In this document: in pieces, positions 9,548 to 19,023 of the stretch
How the letters are laid out: each line of letters opens with the position of its first letter
How positions within the stretch are numbered: the first letter of the stretch is position 1
Source: a candidate division WWE3 bacterium
GTDB lineage: Bacteria > Patescibacteriota > WWE3 > UBA101185 > UBA10185
Length of the DNA stretch: 64,000 bases
NCBI GenBank assembly: GCA_016182565.1
Contig: JACPGI010000004.1
Span: 174,775 to 238,774, forward strand
Reading direction: 5' to 3'
Made by a program: the position numbers and the translations under genes
Notes under the pieces: model-generated
What the model saw: only the letters and a program-made list of their open reading frames with translations
Databases searched by the model: none
What the model was told of the DNA's origin: nothing

Positions 9548-9595
9548 TTTTACTCACATCCTTACATAACTTAGCACTTAACTACTTAGTCAAAC

Positions 9596-9856
9596 TTAAT
9601 TGGCAGGTTTCACATTAACATCAATGCTATTTGGTAACTCTATTTGAGGAGCCGGCATTGTTATTTGTGGGGCTGGAACATTCACTTGTACAGGTCCCAT
9701 CTCTCTTATAATTGGTAAGCCGAAATACAATACCGCTAAAAGGAATAGCACTAAAATCACTACCCCAATCATAAATCCGCTGCCACTATTATCTGCAACT
9801 ACTGCTACCGGTGTTGGGTTTTGTACTGGATTATTTACTACTGTTGTCATATTCAT
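9596..9856 (-). CDS. Small single-TM hypothetical protein
   Basis: One TM helix, Pro-rich flanks, AGGTGA SD upstream. Confidence 0.7.
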   Translation of the reverse strand: MNMTTVVNNPVQNPTPVAVVADNSGSGFMIGVVILVLFLLAVLYFGLPIIREMGPVQVNVPAPQITMPAPQIELPNSIDVNVKPAN

Positions 9857-9918
9857 TCACCTACTTTCAAAAATATATTAATACTAAGTAATCGGGTGAT
9901 TTTTGATTTTTCAAAAGA

Positions 9919-10092
9919 TTACCTTGTCAGTTTTGGCTTCTTTATAATTGTGGCTTTGGGTAAATACAATATAAGTGCTTTTTCAACAAGACTTGTTAAA
10001 GAGATATTATCTACGACTGCCTGAGCTCTACCTTGTTTAACAATCGAAGGTTCAAGAAATAATGTGACTCGTTGTTTTGTAGTAGTTGACAT
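9919..10092 (-). CDS. Ribbon-helix-helix (CopG/Arc-like) small DNA-binding protein, not in the ORF track
   Basis: MSTTTKQRVTLFLEPSIVKQGRAQAVVDNISLTSLVEKALILYLPK... (57 aa): alternating beta strand then two helices; TACTGT 7 nt before ATG. Confidence 0.7.
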   Translation of the reverse strand: MSTTTKQRVTLFLEPSIVKQGRAQAVVDNISLTSLVEKALILYLPKATIIKKPKLTR

Positions 10093-10271
10093 ACTTAATA
10101 CAGTACACCTAGTTGTAGCAATTGTATATAGGCAGATTTAGTCTTAAGTTTGATAGAAAAAATTTATTAGTCGATTTGAGTGAATTGTCAGTTTATAAGT
10201 TTAGTAGTAGAGCATATAAACCTGCCTCAGTTTCAAATTCCTCTGATAGCAGGTCTATAACAACCTATATT

Positions 10272-10433
10272 TTATGCTTTGATAGGAGTTTCTTCTGTAG
10301 TCTCAGTTGTAGTTGTAACTTTTACTTCTTCTACTTTAGTTTCTGTTACTTTAGACTCAGTAGTATCTATTGGGGTTACTGGTGTAACATCTGTGCTTAC
10401 TACATCATTTGTTTGTGTGTTTACGTCTGTCAT
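10272..10433 (-). CDS. Small acidic Thr/Val/Glu-rich low-complexity protein, not in the ORF track
   Basis: MTDVNTQTNDVVSTDVTPVTPIDTTESKVTETKVEEVKVTTTTETTEETPIKA (53 aa); AGGTGA SD; downstream hairpin at about 10215-10260. Confidence 0.6.
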   Translation of the reverse strand: MTDVNTQTNDVVSTDVTPVTPIDTTESKVTETKVEEVKVTTTTETTEETPIKA

Positions 10434-10584
10434 ATTAAGTCACCTGCTTTTCAATTTTAATTTGATACGTTGTAATCTAGAGTTTTATTAATGGGGCTAT
10501 TCGAGGAATAAAAATATAGGTACTCCGTTATTATACCTGAATTTAAAAAATAGTATATGGTTATGGTATTACGACTGTTACTGT

Positions 10585-11325
10585 TTAATCTGCAACTACG
10601 TATCTAAATCTTTCCCATCTTCTATCGGAGCCTTCAATTACTGTGAAATAGTCAGTAGTATCTTTCGAATATGTTTCTGAATACTGAGAGGCATGGCAAA
10701 TAAGAGCTTTTGTTCTTATTTCTACAGTTGATGTTATATCTATAAAAATTTCATTTGAAAGATTATAAGAATCTACAAATAAATACTCACTCACTTTATG
10801 TGATGTGATATTTTTGTCTTGAAACTGTTCTGGAAAAAATAATAAATCTCGGCTGTAAGGATATGTAGCATCAACAACAGACATACCTGTGTTCCTATGA
10901 TCACGATGATTTATCCAACTATCGCTTTCGTTAAATTTAATGATTACATTTTCTGGATTATGTGTTATTACCAAATCCGGTTTAAATAATCTAATCTGCT
11001 TAACTAGTGGTTCTATTGTCCTCATATCATTAAGGATTTCACCATCGCCTAAATTTAAGTAAATATTGTTTTCGGGAGCTATTCCCAAAATTTTCATCGC
11101 TTGAGTGTCCTCATTTTCTCTTAATGCTTTTAAGTCTTTTTCGGATATACTCTCACCTCTGGCACCTTTGTTGCCTGACGTTACCTTAACTACCCTCACT
11201 TCTTTACCGTCGGCTGTTAAACGTGCTATTGTACCGCCGCAGTATATTTCAGCATCATCTGGATGAGCAAATACAATAAGAATCCTTTGTTTATTTCCAA
11301 AAATTTTGCTGTATGAATCTTCCAT
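10585..11325 (-). CDS. PIG-L/LmbE family N-acetylglucosaminyl deacetylase
   Basis: FAHPDDAE, GGTIA, HRDHR, HASQ. Confidence 0.92.
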   Translation of the reverse strand: MEDSYSKIFGNKQRILIVFAHPDDAEIYCGGTIARLTADGKEVRVVKVTSGNKGARGESISEKDLKALRENEDTQAMKILGIAPENNIYLNLGDGEILNDMRTIEPLVKQIRLFKPDLVITHNPENVIIKFNESDSWINHRDHRNTGMSVVDATYPYSRDLLFFPEQFQDKNITSHKVSEYLFVDSYNLSNEIFIDITSTVEIRTKALICHASQYSETYSKDTTDYFTVIEGSDRRWERFRYVVAD

Positions 11326-11473
11326 ATAGTATTATGTGAGCACTTAATTTTACTGATTAATATTATACACGATTAAATCTTGGTCGAGGGTAGTGTTGTA
11401 ATTAAAAATTGCTTTTTCCAACAGATATACTATATTTAGGCAAAGAAAATAGATAATAAGAAAAGGAGCAACT

Positions 11474-11737
11474 ATGAGCCTGCTTGCATGTATAGGTGGT
11501 TTGATTTTGGGGTATGGTTTTGGAAGATTTTCTGCAAGCGTAGATAAAGCTAGAAACAATGTTGCAACAGACAAGATACGGCACGCAAGACATTTTTTCT
11601 TATTTGGTTGGTTGTATCTTACCATCCTGGTTGTTGTACTTCTTCTTAACTATCACCCGATAGTTATTTTGATAGTTTCAATGATGGCGGGAGTTGAATT
11701 TACTCTTCTTTATTTTTGTAAAAGAGATCTGCATTAG
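11474..11737 (+). CDS. Small membrane ORFan
   Basis: AAGGAG SD, three hydrophobic segments, 3' hairpin 11720-11753. Confidence 0.65.
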   Translation: MSLLACIGGLILGYGFGRFSASVDKARNNVATDKIRHARHFFLFGWLYLTILVVVLLLNYHPIVILIVSMMAGVEFTLLYFCKRDLH

Positions 11738-11753
11738 CCATGAGATCTCTTTT
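11720..11753. terminator. Bidirectional terminator-like hairpin
   Basis: AAAAGAGATCT-12 nt-AGATCTCTTTT between convergent genes. Confidence 0.6.
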
Positions 11754-11757
11754 GATC

Positions 11758-12087
11758 TTATTCACTAATTAACTCCTTATATATTACAACTGCAACGGTG
11801 CCAATTACTCCCCAAAAAAGCATCATCTGAACCGGTACACCTAAAAAACTAGGACCAGTATAGCTCCACATATGACCAAAATTCACTAATATGATTTCGG
11901 TAAAACCACCAACACCACTTATCAAAACAAACCACAACAACTCTTTTTTAATAGGGATCACAATATGTTTTGCATATGCGATAAGTATAAGCAAACACAA
12001 AAGTAGAATAACTTGCTCCCACAAAAAAAGAATAAGGAAGGTGGTAAGAAATAAAAAAGCTAATGAGTATGAGATTCTACGATTCAC
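11758..12087 (-). CDS. Small multi-TM membrane protein (DUF2878-like)
   Basis: E...G.WSY...GVP...FWG pattern; TATAAT 7 nt before GTG. Confidence 0.65.
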   Translation of the reverse strand: MNRRISYSLAFLFLTTFLILFLWEQVILLLCLLILIAYAKHIVIPIKKELLWFVLISGVGGFTEIILVNFGHMWSYTGPSFLGVPVQMMLFWGVIGTVAVVIYKELISE

Positions 12088-12215
12088 AGTACAAATTATA
12101 CAAAACTTCTGGTTATTAAAAAATATGCACTTATATTAAATCTCGAAGTTATATTAGGTGTTGAGGTCCACATTTGGGTACAAATCGTATTTTCTGCTGC
12201 GTTAATCCGGGATTA

Positions 12216-12291
12216 TGGGGTGGCTGACGGGGATCGAACCCGTGACATCCGGCTCCACAGGCCAGCGTTCTGCCTCTGAACTACAGCCACC
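12216..12291 (-). tRNA. tRNA-His(GUG) with encoded G-1 and CCA
   Basis: GGTGGCTGTAGTTCAGAGGCAGAACGCTGGCCT-GTG-GAGCCGG...GGTTCGATCCCCGTCAGCCACCCCA. Confidence 0.96.
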
Positions 12292-12340
12292 GTAGAAAGT
12301 TAATCAAAACGACTTATGACTGCAGTATTATACATGAGGT

Positions 12341-13762
12341 TTAATTGGTCTGTATCCTTTTCCAGTTGTAAAAATCCAGAAATCTGTCTCCGGTAGTAAA
12401 TGTGTACTTGTCACCTATTCCATCAATATATTTTGAGATATAGTAGTTTACATATGGGTGGTATAAAAATATGGCTGGGACTTCACTTTCCATAACATCC
12501 TGAAACACATTGTAATGAATAAGCCTTGCTGCATAATCGACTGCATTTCTCCCTTCTTCTAAAGCTCTGTCAGCTTTTACCTGTTCAAACCCTGTTAAAT
12601 TCAAATTTGGAAACTCTTTCTGTGTTGAGTGCCAATTTACATATCTGTCTGGATCACGACCCACTTCTTGGCCATACAATAAAATTTCAAAATCCCTGTT
12701 TTGTAAAACTTCTTCCATTATTTTACTCGGATCAACTTCTCTTATTTGTACGTCTAAACCAAATTTATTCTCCCAAATATTTTTAATCTTTTTTGCCACA
12801 TCTTTGTGGTCAGATAGGTTTGGCACAGTTATAGTTATTTTCTTTTGGATTACCTCAGAAGCTAGAGCTTTATCAAAATGATTTGTGTCTACGGACTCTT
12901 TGGTAAAAATACTTTTACTAATAGCGCCTTCCACCGGTATACCATAAGGCTGGATTAGTTCATCAATAGGTAAAGAGGCACGAAGTTTCCTTCTAAATTC
13001 GACGTCTTTAAATGTGTCAGTTCGCAAATTAAACATTAATGAATAGTAGACGCTTTGGATTGGAAACTTCTTATTTGTGTAGTTTTCAAATTCAAAGTGA
13101 CTCGCACTTACAAAACCGTCAATTTCACCAAGTTTGGCTGCAAGTTCTAGCTCATCATCATTCGCATAATATCTAAACACAAGTTTATTTATCTGGGTTG
13201 CCTTATTTTGGTTATACAAAGTGACTTCCTTTATCACCGGCCCGCCTCTTTTCACACTGATAACCCTAAAATCGGCACTTGTGACTGGATTTAATTTATT
13301 TTGGTTTTCTTCAGAATTTGATTTCATCACCCCAATAGTCATGATACTAAGGAAAGGTGAAAATTTGTTCGGAAGCGTATAACGCACGGTCCTATCATCT
13401 ACCTTGTCTGTTGCAATACCTGCAAGTGTTGGTGTCTTAAAAGCTGTGTATATAAGATCATCAGCATTTATTGTACTTCCGTCACTCCATTTTTGATCAC
13501 TTTTAATTGTGATTGTATAAACAATGCCATCTTCAGATACTATCCAACTATCGGCTAAGTCTGGGATTAAAGTGCCATAAATATCGTATTTAAAAAGTCC
13601 TCGGAATATAAGACTTGAGATTGTTTTGTCAGTACGGTTTTGGGCTTGACTGGGAAAAAATGAGTCGGGCTGTCCTACAACACCTTCCGTAAAACGAACA
13701 CCGGGTGAAATGCTAAGTATAAGTGCTGAAATATTTAGAATGACTTTATCAAGAAGTTGCAT
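12341..13762 (-). CDS. ABC transporter substrate-binding protein, family 5 (OppA/DppA-like)
   Basis: EGVVGQP, LIFRGLFKYD, PDLADSW, WSDG...ADD..YT, DP..NWHS, PAIFLY. Confidence 0.9.
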   Translation of the reverse strand: MQLLDKVILNISALILSISPGVRFTEGVVGQPDSFFPSQAQNRTDKTISSLIFRGLFKYDIYGTLIPDLADSWIVSEDGIVYTITIKSDQKWSDGSTINADDLIYTAFKTPTLAGIATDKVDDRTVRYTLPNKFSPFLSIMTIGVMKSNSEENQNKLNPVTSADFRVISVKRGGPVIKEVTLYNQNKATQINKLVFRYYANDDELELAAKLGEIDGFVSASHFEFENYTNKKFPIQSVYYSLMFNLRTDTFKDVEFRRKLRASLPIDELIQPYGIPVEGAISKSIFTKESVDTNHFDKALASEVIQKKITITVPNLSDHKDVAKKIKNIWENKFGLDVQIREVDPSKIMEEVLQNRDFEILLYGQEVGRDPDRYVNWHSTQKEFPNLNLTGFEQVKADRALEEGRNAVDYAARLIHYNVFQDVMESEVPAIFLYHPYVNYYISKYIDGIGDKYTFTTGDRFLDFYNWKRIQTN

Positions 13763-13951
13763 CTGCGATATGATTTTATCAGATATTCGGTTAAGCTGCC
13801 GGATACTGCACAGGCGGAAGATTAAATGCAGTAGCGGGACATTTTAACCATGCTTTATTGTACTTGAAGAGGCAATGTTAAGTATTTGCCATAGTACTAG
13901 TAATGTTGGTAAAATACCGCAGTTACATGCTTATTTTAATCACGCAATCAT

Positions 13952-14026
13952 GGCCCCATCGTCTAACGGTTAGGACGCCAGGTTTTCATCCTGGTAATCG
14001 GAGTTCGATCCTCCGTGGGGTCACCA
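13952..14026 (+). tRNA. tRNA-Glu(UUC)
   Basis: GGCCCCATCGTCTAACGGTTAGGAC, anticodon arm CCAGG-TT-TTC-AT-CCTGG, GTTCGAT, ends ACCA. Confidence 0.96.
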
Positions 14027-14032
14027 AAATCT

Positions 14033-15004
14033 ATGCTTGAAAACTATTTTAAGAATTCAGTATTTAATAACTTTTTCAAAATTGAATTAAATCCTGTTGA
14101 ACTTTCTATAGCGAAAGAGTCAATAACTAGTAAATATACGCAAGGTCTAAAGGCTAGTCTTTTATACGGAGTACTAATAATCCCCACCCTTCTTTTTGTT
14201 GACACTACAGTACTTGGAAGTGTACTTATACCTATCACAATGGTATCCGGAACTGCGTGGTTTGCAGTTTCGTTGGTAAACATTAAAAGAAAGTTTGAAC
14301 CTTTTGGAAACGAACTAACAATAGATCTATACAGAGCATTTACAACATCTCTCATGTTTCTTGCCCTGATGGCTTTAATTTCACTAAACTCACAAATCTT
14401 CGGGCGTGTAACTGCGTGGGGAATAAATTACCCATTGGTAAGTTATGTAGCAGGGCTTATTGGCACTCTTCTTGTTTTCAAGATGATTTATGACGTTTTT
14501 CTCGGTGCAACAAAATATGATATGAATGATTCAATGCTTACAGGTCAAAGTGAAGCGGCACAACAATTCTTTACAAAATCACTCGATTTTTCTCACCAAG
14601 TGACAGATCTTATAAGACGCGATGAAAACATCCAAACTACAAACTACTACATTAGTGATGGGTTTTCTAGAATTTTTAATACAATAATGATGATTCAGCA
14701 ACAAAGGGGTGTGAGTTTTACAAAAGCACAAAACTTAAATGAGCAAATTTTAACAGTACTAAAACATCCTGATATGCCACAAGAAGAAGTTGAAAAAATA
14801 TTTTTTAGTTCTTTACTAGGTTTTAAAGATTTACTAAATAAAAATAACAATTCAGCAAAGAAAATTGGTTATGTAGATATCGAAATAGAATGCTTAAAAT
14901 CAAATACGGCTGAGAGCAGCCGTATTAAAGCACTGAGGTATGCGACTGTATTCACCCTAATGTACGAAATCGTTACTGATGAGGGACAGGATATCTTTGT
15001 ATAA
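14033..15004 (+). CDS. Hypothetical membrane protein (about 4 TM plus helical C-domain); start corrected to ATG 14033
   Basis: Long ORF; the track start (14015) lies inside the tRNA; in-frame ATG 6 nt after the CCA. Confidence 0.75.
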   Translation: MLENYFKNSVFNNFFKIELNPVELSIAKESITSKYTQGLKASLLYGVLIIPTLLFVDTTVLGSVLIPITMVSGTAWFAVSLVNIKRKFEPFGNELTIDLYRAFTTSLMFLALMALISLNSQIFGRVTAWGINYPLVSYVAGLIGTLLVFKMIYDVFLGATKYDMNDSMLTGQSEAAQQFFTKSLDFSHQVTDLIRRDENIQTTNYYISDGFSRIFNTIMMIQQQRGVSFTKAQNLNEQILTVLKHPDMPQEEVEKIFFSSLLGFKDLLNKNNNSAKKIGYVDIEIECLKSNTAESSRIKALRYATVFTLMYEIVTDEGQDIFV

Positions 15005-15081
15005 ACTCATCTAGTAAGTAGTAAAAAGATCCTTAATAATTAAGCAATCGGTGTGATTCTCTTATAAACCTGAAAAACCAT

Positions 15082-15816
15082 ATGAAAGTTGTTATCCAAG
15101 GTATATTAACTAATTACGAAATAATTGGGAGGGGTGAAAAAACCCTTGTAATACTACATGGTTGGCAACGATCAATTGTAGATTGGTTGCCATTTGCAAA
15201 GTCAATATCGGATAGTTATAGGGTTGTTTTGTTAGACCTACCTGGATTTGGTACTACGCCAAGACCCACAAATACTTTTGATACATATGACTATGCTCGC
15301 TTTGTGAAAGACTTTCTGCATAAAACCGGTATCTTGCACTATTCTTTACTTGGGCATTCTTTTGGTGGGAGACTATGTATAATTCTTGCATCTGAAACAA
15401 ATAATATTTCTAAACTTGTCCTTGTAGACAGTGCTGGTATTGAAGCAAAAACTTTTGAAATAAAATTGAAAATCTATTTATTTAAACTTTTTATAAAACC
15501 GTTCAAAAAATTATCAACCACATTTGGAATAAATATTAAAAGCCTTATTGGGAGCCATGATTACAAAAAAGCCAATAATATGCGCGATATATTTGTAAAG
15601 GTGGTAAATCAAGACCTGTCAAACTTAATTCCAAAAATCTTAGTAAAAACTTTAATAGTCTGGGGAGATAAGGATGAAATTTTGCCAGTAAATCAAACGA
15701 AAAAATTTAAACAAATCCCAAACTCCGCCGTTAAGATTGTTTGGGGAGCTGGGCATTCACCACACATCGAAAAACCTGGAGATTTTACACAGACAGTTAA
15801 GGAATTTCTATGTTAA
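15082..15816 (+). CDS. Alpha/beta hydrolase
   Basis: LHGW, DLPGFG, GHSFGG nucleophile elbow, WGDKD, GHSPH. Confidence 0.93.
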   Translation: MKVVIQGILTNYEIIGRGEKTLVILHGWQRSIVDWLPFAKSISDSYRVVLLDLPGFGTTPRPTNTFDTYDYARFVKDFLHKTGILHYSLLGHSFGGRLCIILASETNNISKLVLVDSAGIEAKTFEIKLKIYLFKLFIKPFKKLSTTFGINIKSLIGSHDYKKANNMRDIFVKVVNQDLSNLIPKILVKTLIVWGDKDEILPVNQTKKFKQIPNSAVKIVWGAGHSPHIEKPGDFTQTVKEFLC

Positions 15817-17204
15817 AAAAATTAATACCAATAGAACTTCAATTAAATATCTTTCAACTAGAAGAGTATTCAGTATCAAGATTTATATTGTGGCTTAAAA
15901 ATAACCTTTACACAAGAAAACTTGAGGAAAAAAAGAAGTTAGTTTGGACACATAAAGCAAGATTTATCTATAGATTTGCTCTATTTTACTTTTTTAGTTT
16001 TGTGACTATTGCATACGTTATATTTGGAGTCATAGGGCTTTTATTGTCACTTCTTTCTATCACACAACCATATCTATTTTTAATTCTTGGACTTCTTACA
16101 AGATTCCCTTACGAATTTGTTAATCGTAGGCACACAAAAAACCAAACAAATATAAAACTTAAGACATTTAGCAAACTTAAAGTAATTGGTATTACAGGAT
16201 CATACGGAAAAACCAGTGTAAAAGAATTTCTGTATACAATTTTAAAGCAAGAATACAATGTGTTAAAAACACCTGAAAGTTACAATACTTTATTTGGTAT
16301 CTCAAAGGTTGTCGATTTGGAGCTTGATGGGAGCTACGATTTCTTTATATGTGAAATGGGCGCATACAAAATTGGGGAAATAAATGAGTTATGTGAGATG
16401 GTAAATCCAACCTATGCAATACTTACTGGTATAAATGAACAGCATTTGGAACGTTTTGGCTCAATTGAAAATACTACAAAAGCAAAATTTGAACTTATAA
16501 ATTCTCTACCTGAAAATGGTTTTGGTTTAGTCAATATAGATAATAAGATAATCCTAAACAATTATAAAAAATATGCAAAGAAATTAATTGAGTACGGACA
16601 CAACTCGAGTTTTAATACAGTTACTAACTGTATTACGACACTAGAAGGAACTAAATTTGATTTAATGCTCAATGGAGTTACATATCAGTGTTCAACACAC
16701 CTTATTGGAAATAGTAATCTTACAAATCTAGTGGCTGCAGCTACAATGGCTTACAACCTCGGGACTCCAATAAATCAAATACTTCACGGTATTTCGTTAC
16801 TTAGATCAGTGCCACACCGACTTGAACTAAAAGTATTACAGGTACAAGGCATAACCTTGATTGATGATGCGTATAATAGTAATCCCACAGGATTTCATGA
16901 GGCCCTTGAAACCTTGAAGCTATTTACTAACCACACTAAAGTGCTAGTAACACCAGGGATTGTAGAACTTGGTCAAAGTAGTGAAAAAATTCACCATGAT
17001 ATTGGGGAAAAGGCTGACTATATATGCGACTTTATTTTTCTAGTAGGAAACAATGATAGAACAAAAGCACTAGCAAATGGTGTAAAAAACAAAGAAAAAA
17101 TTATTATGCTAAAAGGTATAAGTGAGCTTTGGCTAGAGATTACAAAATTAAAACTTACTAATCCGGTTGTGCTTATAGAAAACGATTTACCAGATAATTA
17201 TTAA
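15810..17204 (+). CDS. murF: UDP-MurNAc-tripeptide--D-Ala-D-Ala ligase with N-terminal TM extension
   Basis: GITGSYGKTSVKE, SYNT, EMGA, QHLERFG, IDDAYNSNP, TPGIVELG, ENDLPDNY. Confidence 0.92.
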   Translation: MLKKLIPIELQLNIFQLEEYSVSRFILWLKNNLYTRKLEEKKKLVWTHKARFIYRFALFYFFSFVTIAYVIFGVIGLLLSLLSITQPYLFLILGLLTRFPYEFVNRRHTKNQTNIKLKTFSKLKVIGITGSYGKTSVKEFLYTILKQEYNVLKTPESYNTLFGISKVVDLELDGSYDFFICEMGAYKIGEINELCEMVNPTYAILTGINEQHLERFGSIENTTKAKFELINSLPENGFGLVNIDNKIILNNYKKYAKKLIEYGHNSSFNTVTNCITTLEGTKFDLMLNGVTYQCSTHLIGNSNLTNLVAAATMAYNLGTPINQILHGISLLRSVPHRLELKVLQVQGITLIDDAYNSNPTGFHEALETLKLFTNHTKVLVTPGIVELGQSSEKIHHDIGEKADYICDFIFLVGNNDRTKALANGVKNKEKIIMLKGISELWLEITKLKLTNPVVLIENDLPDNY

Positions 17205-18424
17205 TTAAGTTTAGGCGACTTTGCCCCCGTATTAAAACCCTCAAGAATATTGTTCTCAAAAGTAGTAATATTTTTTCTAGTGTCTTCCCATTTTTCGTAT
17301 GCAAGGTCGATTAGCTGTGTAATTAACTCTTTAAAACTTATTCCAGTTGCTTCCCAGAGATAAAAAGCCATACTTCCAGGCGTTGTATTTATCTCTACAA
17401 CTATGAATTCATTTGTGCTCTCATCTAGTAAGAAATCAACCCTAGCAAGTCCGGAACAATCAAGTATTTGGAAGGTTTTGACTGCAGTTTCCCTTATCCT
17501 ACCCTCTAGTTCTTTGGAAATATCTGCCGGTATTTTTCGGCGAGCAGATACCATACCAGAGGATTTGCCACTCCCTATATACTTATCTTCAAAATTTAGG
17601 AAATCACTTTTTGCATAAACCTCTTCACAAACCGAAGCTTTAATTGTAGAACCACTGTTTCCCATCACTGAAACATTTATTTCCTTTGTGTGCATAAAAC
17701 CCTCTTCTACTATGATTTTTCTATCAAATGTAGCTGCCACCTCAATACCATTCTGTAGTTCTACCTTATTTGTAACCCTACTTATGCCTATACTAGACCC
17801 GGCGTTGGCAGGTTTTACAAATAAAGGATACTTAAGACTCATATCAATTTCAGAAATAACTTTTTCGGGTGAAATTTCCCAATCTTTTCGGTAAAACCAA
17901 AAGTAGTTTGCAGTTGGAATATTATGTTGTTTAAAAATGTCCTTCATAACTATCTTGTCCATACCTGTAGCAGACCCTAAAATGCCGGATCCAACATAAG
18001 GTATCTCTGCAAGTTCTAACATACCCTGTAAACCACCGTTCTCGCCAAGTCCACCATGGAAACATGGAAAAATTACATCTATATTTTCTTGGGGTGCATA
18101 TTTAAATGGGGCTAGGAAGGTTTTATTTTTTTGAACAAGCGAAAAATTTGAACTACTTGACTCCAGACCTCTCAACAACTCATTTGACTTTTCTGGTATT
18201 GAATATAGATTCCTGTAAGTCTCAATTTTATCCAAATCTTTCCCTGTATGCCATGAACTAAACTTGGAAACATATATAGGTAGGACATCATATTTTTCTT
18301 TATCAATATTATTTATTACTTGAATACCTGTAATTATAGATACTTCGTGCTCTGCAGACTTACCTCCAAAAAGCACGGCAATTCTTTTTTTGGTCTTATT
18401 TTGAACTTTTGAACTTAACTTCAC
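17201..18424 (-). CDS. ddl: D-alanine--D-alanine ligase
   Basis: FGGKSAEHEVS, HGGLGENG, MDK, VKPANAGSSIG, DKY, ARVDF, EINTTPGS. Confidence 0.96.
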   Translation of the reverse strand: MKLSSKVQNKTKKRIAVLFGGKSAEHEVSIITGIQVINNIDKEKYDVLPIYVSKFSSWHTGKDLDKIETYRNLYSIPEKSNELLRGLESSSSNFSLVQKNKTFLAPFKYAPQENIDVIFPCFHGGLGENGGLQGMLELAEIPYVGSGILGSATGMDKIVMKDIFKQHNIPTANYFWFYRKDWEISPEKVISEIDMSLKYPLFVKPANAGSSIGISRVTNKVELQNGIEVAATFDRKIIVEEGFMHTKEINVSVMGNSGSTIKASVCEEVYAKSDFLNFEDKYIGSGKSSGMVSARRKIPADISKELEGRIRETAVKTFQILDCSGLARVDFLLDESTNEFIVVEINTTPGSMAFYLWEATGISFKELITQLIDLAYEKWEDTRKNITTFENNILEGFNTGAKSPKLN

Positions 18425-18506
18425 TGGTTAATTATAACATCAGGACTATATCTGCAAGTAAGGGGCTGTCCTCAAGTGTTTCAAACACTATGATAATATA
18501 TTTAAT

Positions 18507-18983
18507 ATGAGGCCACTTATGAAGATTTATACTTTTGTCACTATTATATTGCTTTGTATCCTAAGTTTTTTACACATAACAAGGTTAGATGTTATTGTTC
18601 CAAAAATTAGTTTTAGATTTATTTCACCCACCAACCAAGAACTGGAGGTTGAATATAACTTCTGCTTCTATGAAGAAGATATGATAAGAGGAGATAAGTT
18701 TGGTGGTTTTAGTTGTTCAGATTTAGCAAACACAAAAACAGGTAGTATTGTAACTATTCCAGAGAAAAGATTAGTAAGTTATTGGCCATTTTCAAAATTT
18801 AATAATGTAACAATGTGGGGTAACCAGAAAGACGACAACTCCACACAATGCAGTTGGTTTGTCAACCTATGGTCTGAATACTATGAGTCAAGACTGGGAG
18901 CAGATGTGAAACCTGAAGGACATTACAATGAATATAGGTTAAAAGACATAAAAGATAAGATTATTGATATTGCGTGCCGGTAA
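18507..18983 (+). CDS. Secreted/membrane-anchored hypothetical protein
   Basis: N-terminal hydrophobic segment, several Cys; no family recognised. Confidence 0.65.
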   Translation: MRPLMKIYTFVTIILLCILSFLHITRLDVIVPKISFRFISPTNQELEVEYNFCFYEEDMIRGDKFGGFSCSDLANTKTGSIVTIPEKRLVSYWPFSKFNNVTMWGNQKDDNSTQCSWFVNLWSEYYESRLGADVKPEGHYNEYRLKDIKDKIIDIACR

Positions 18984-19023
18984 AGTGCTAAAGTAAGATA
19001 AATTAATTGTAAAATCTATAGAT

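Noticed and set aside
17560-17610. Ddl as a D-Ala-D-Lac (vancomycin-resistance type) ligase
   Set aside because: The omega-loop Tyr (EDKY) is retained, consistent with D-Ala-D-Ala specificity.
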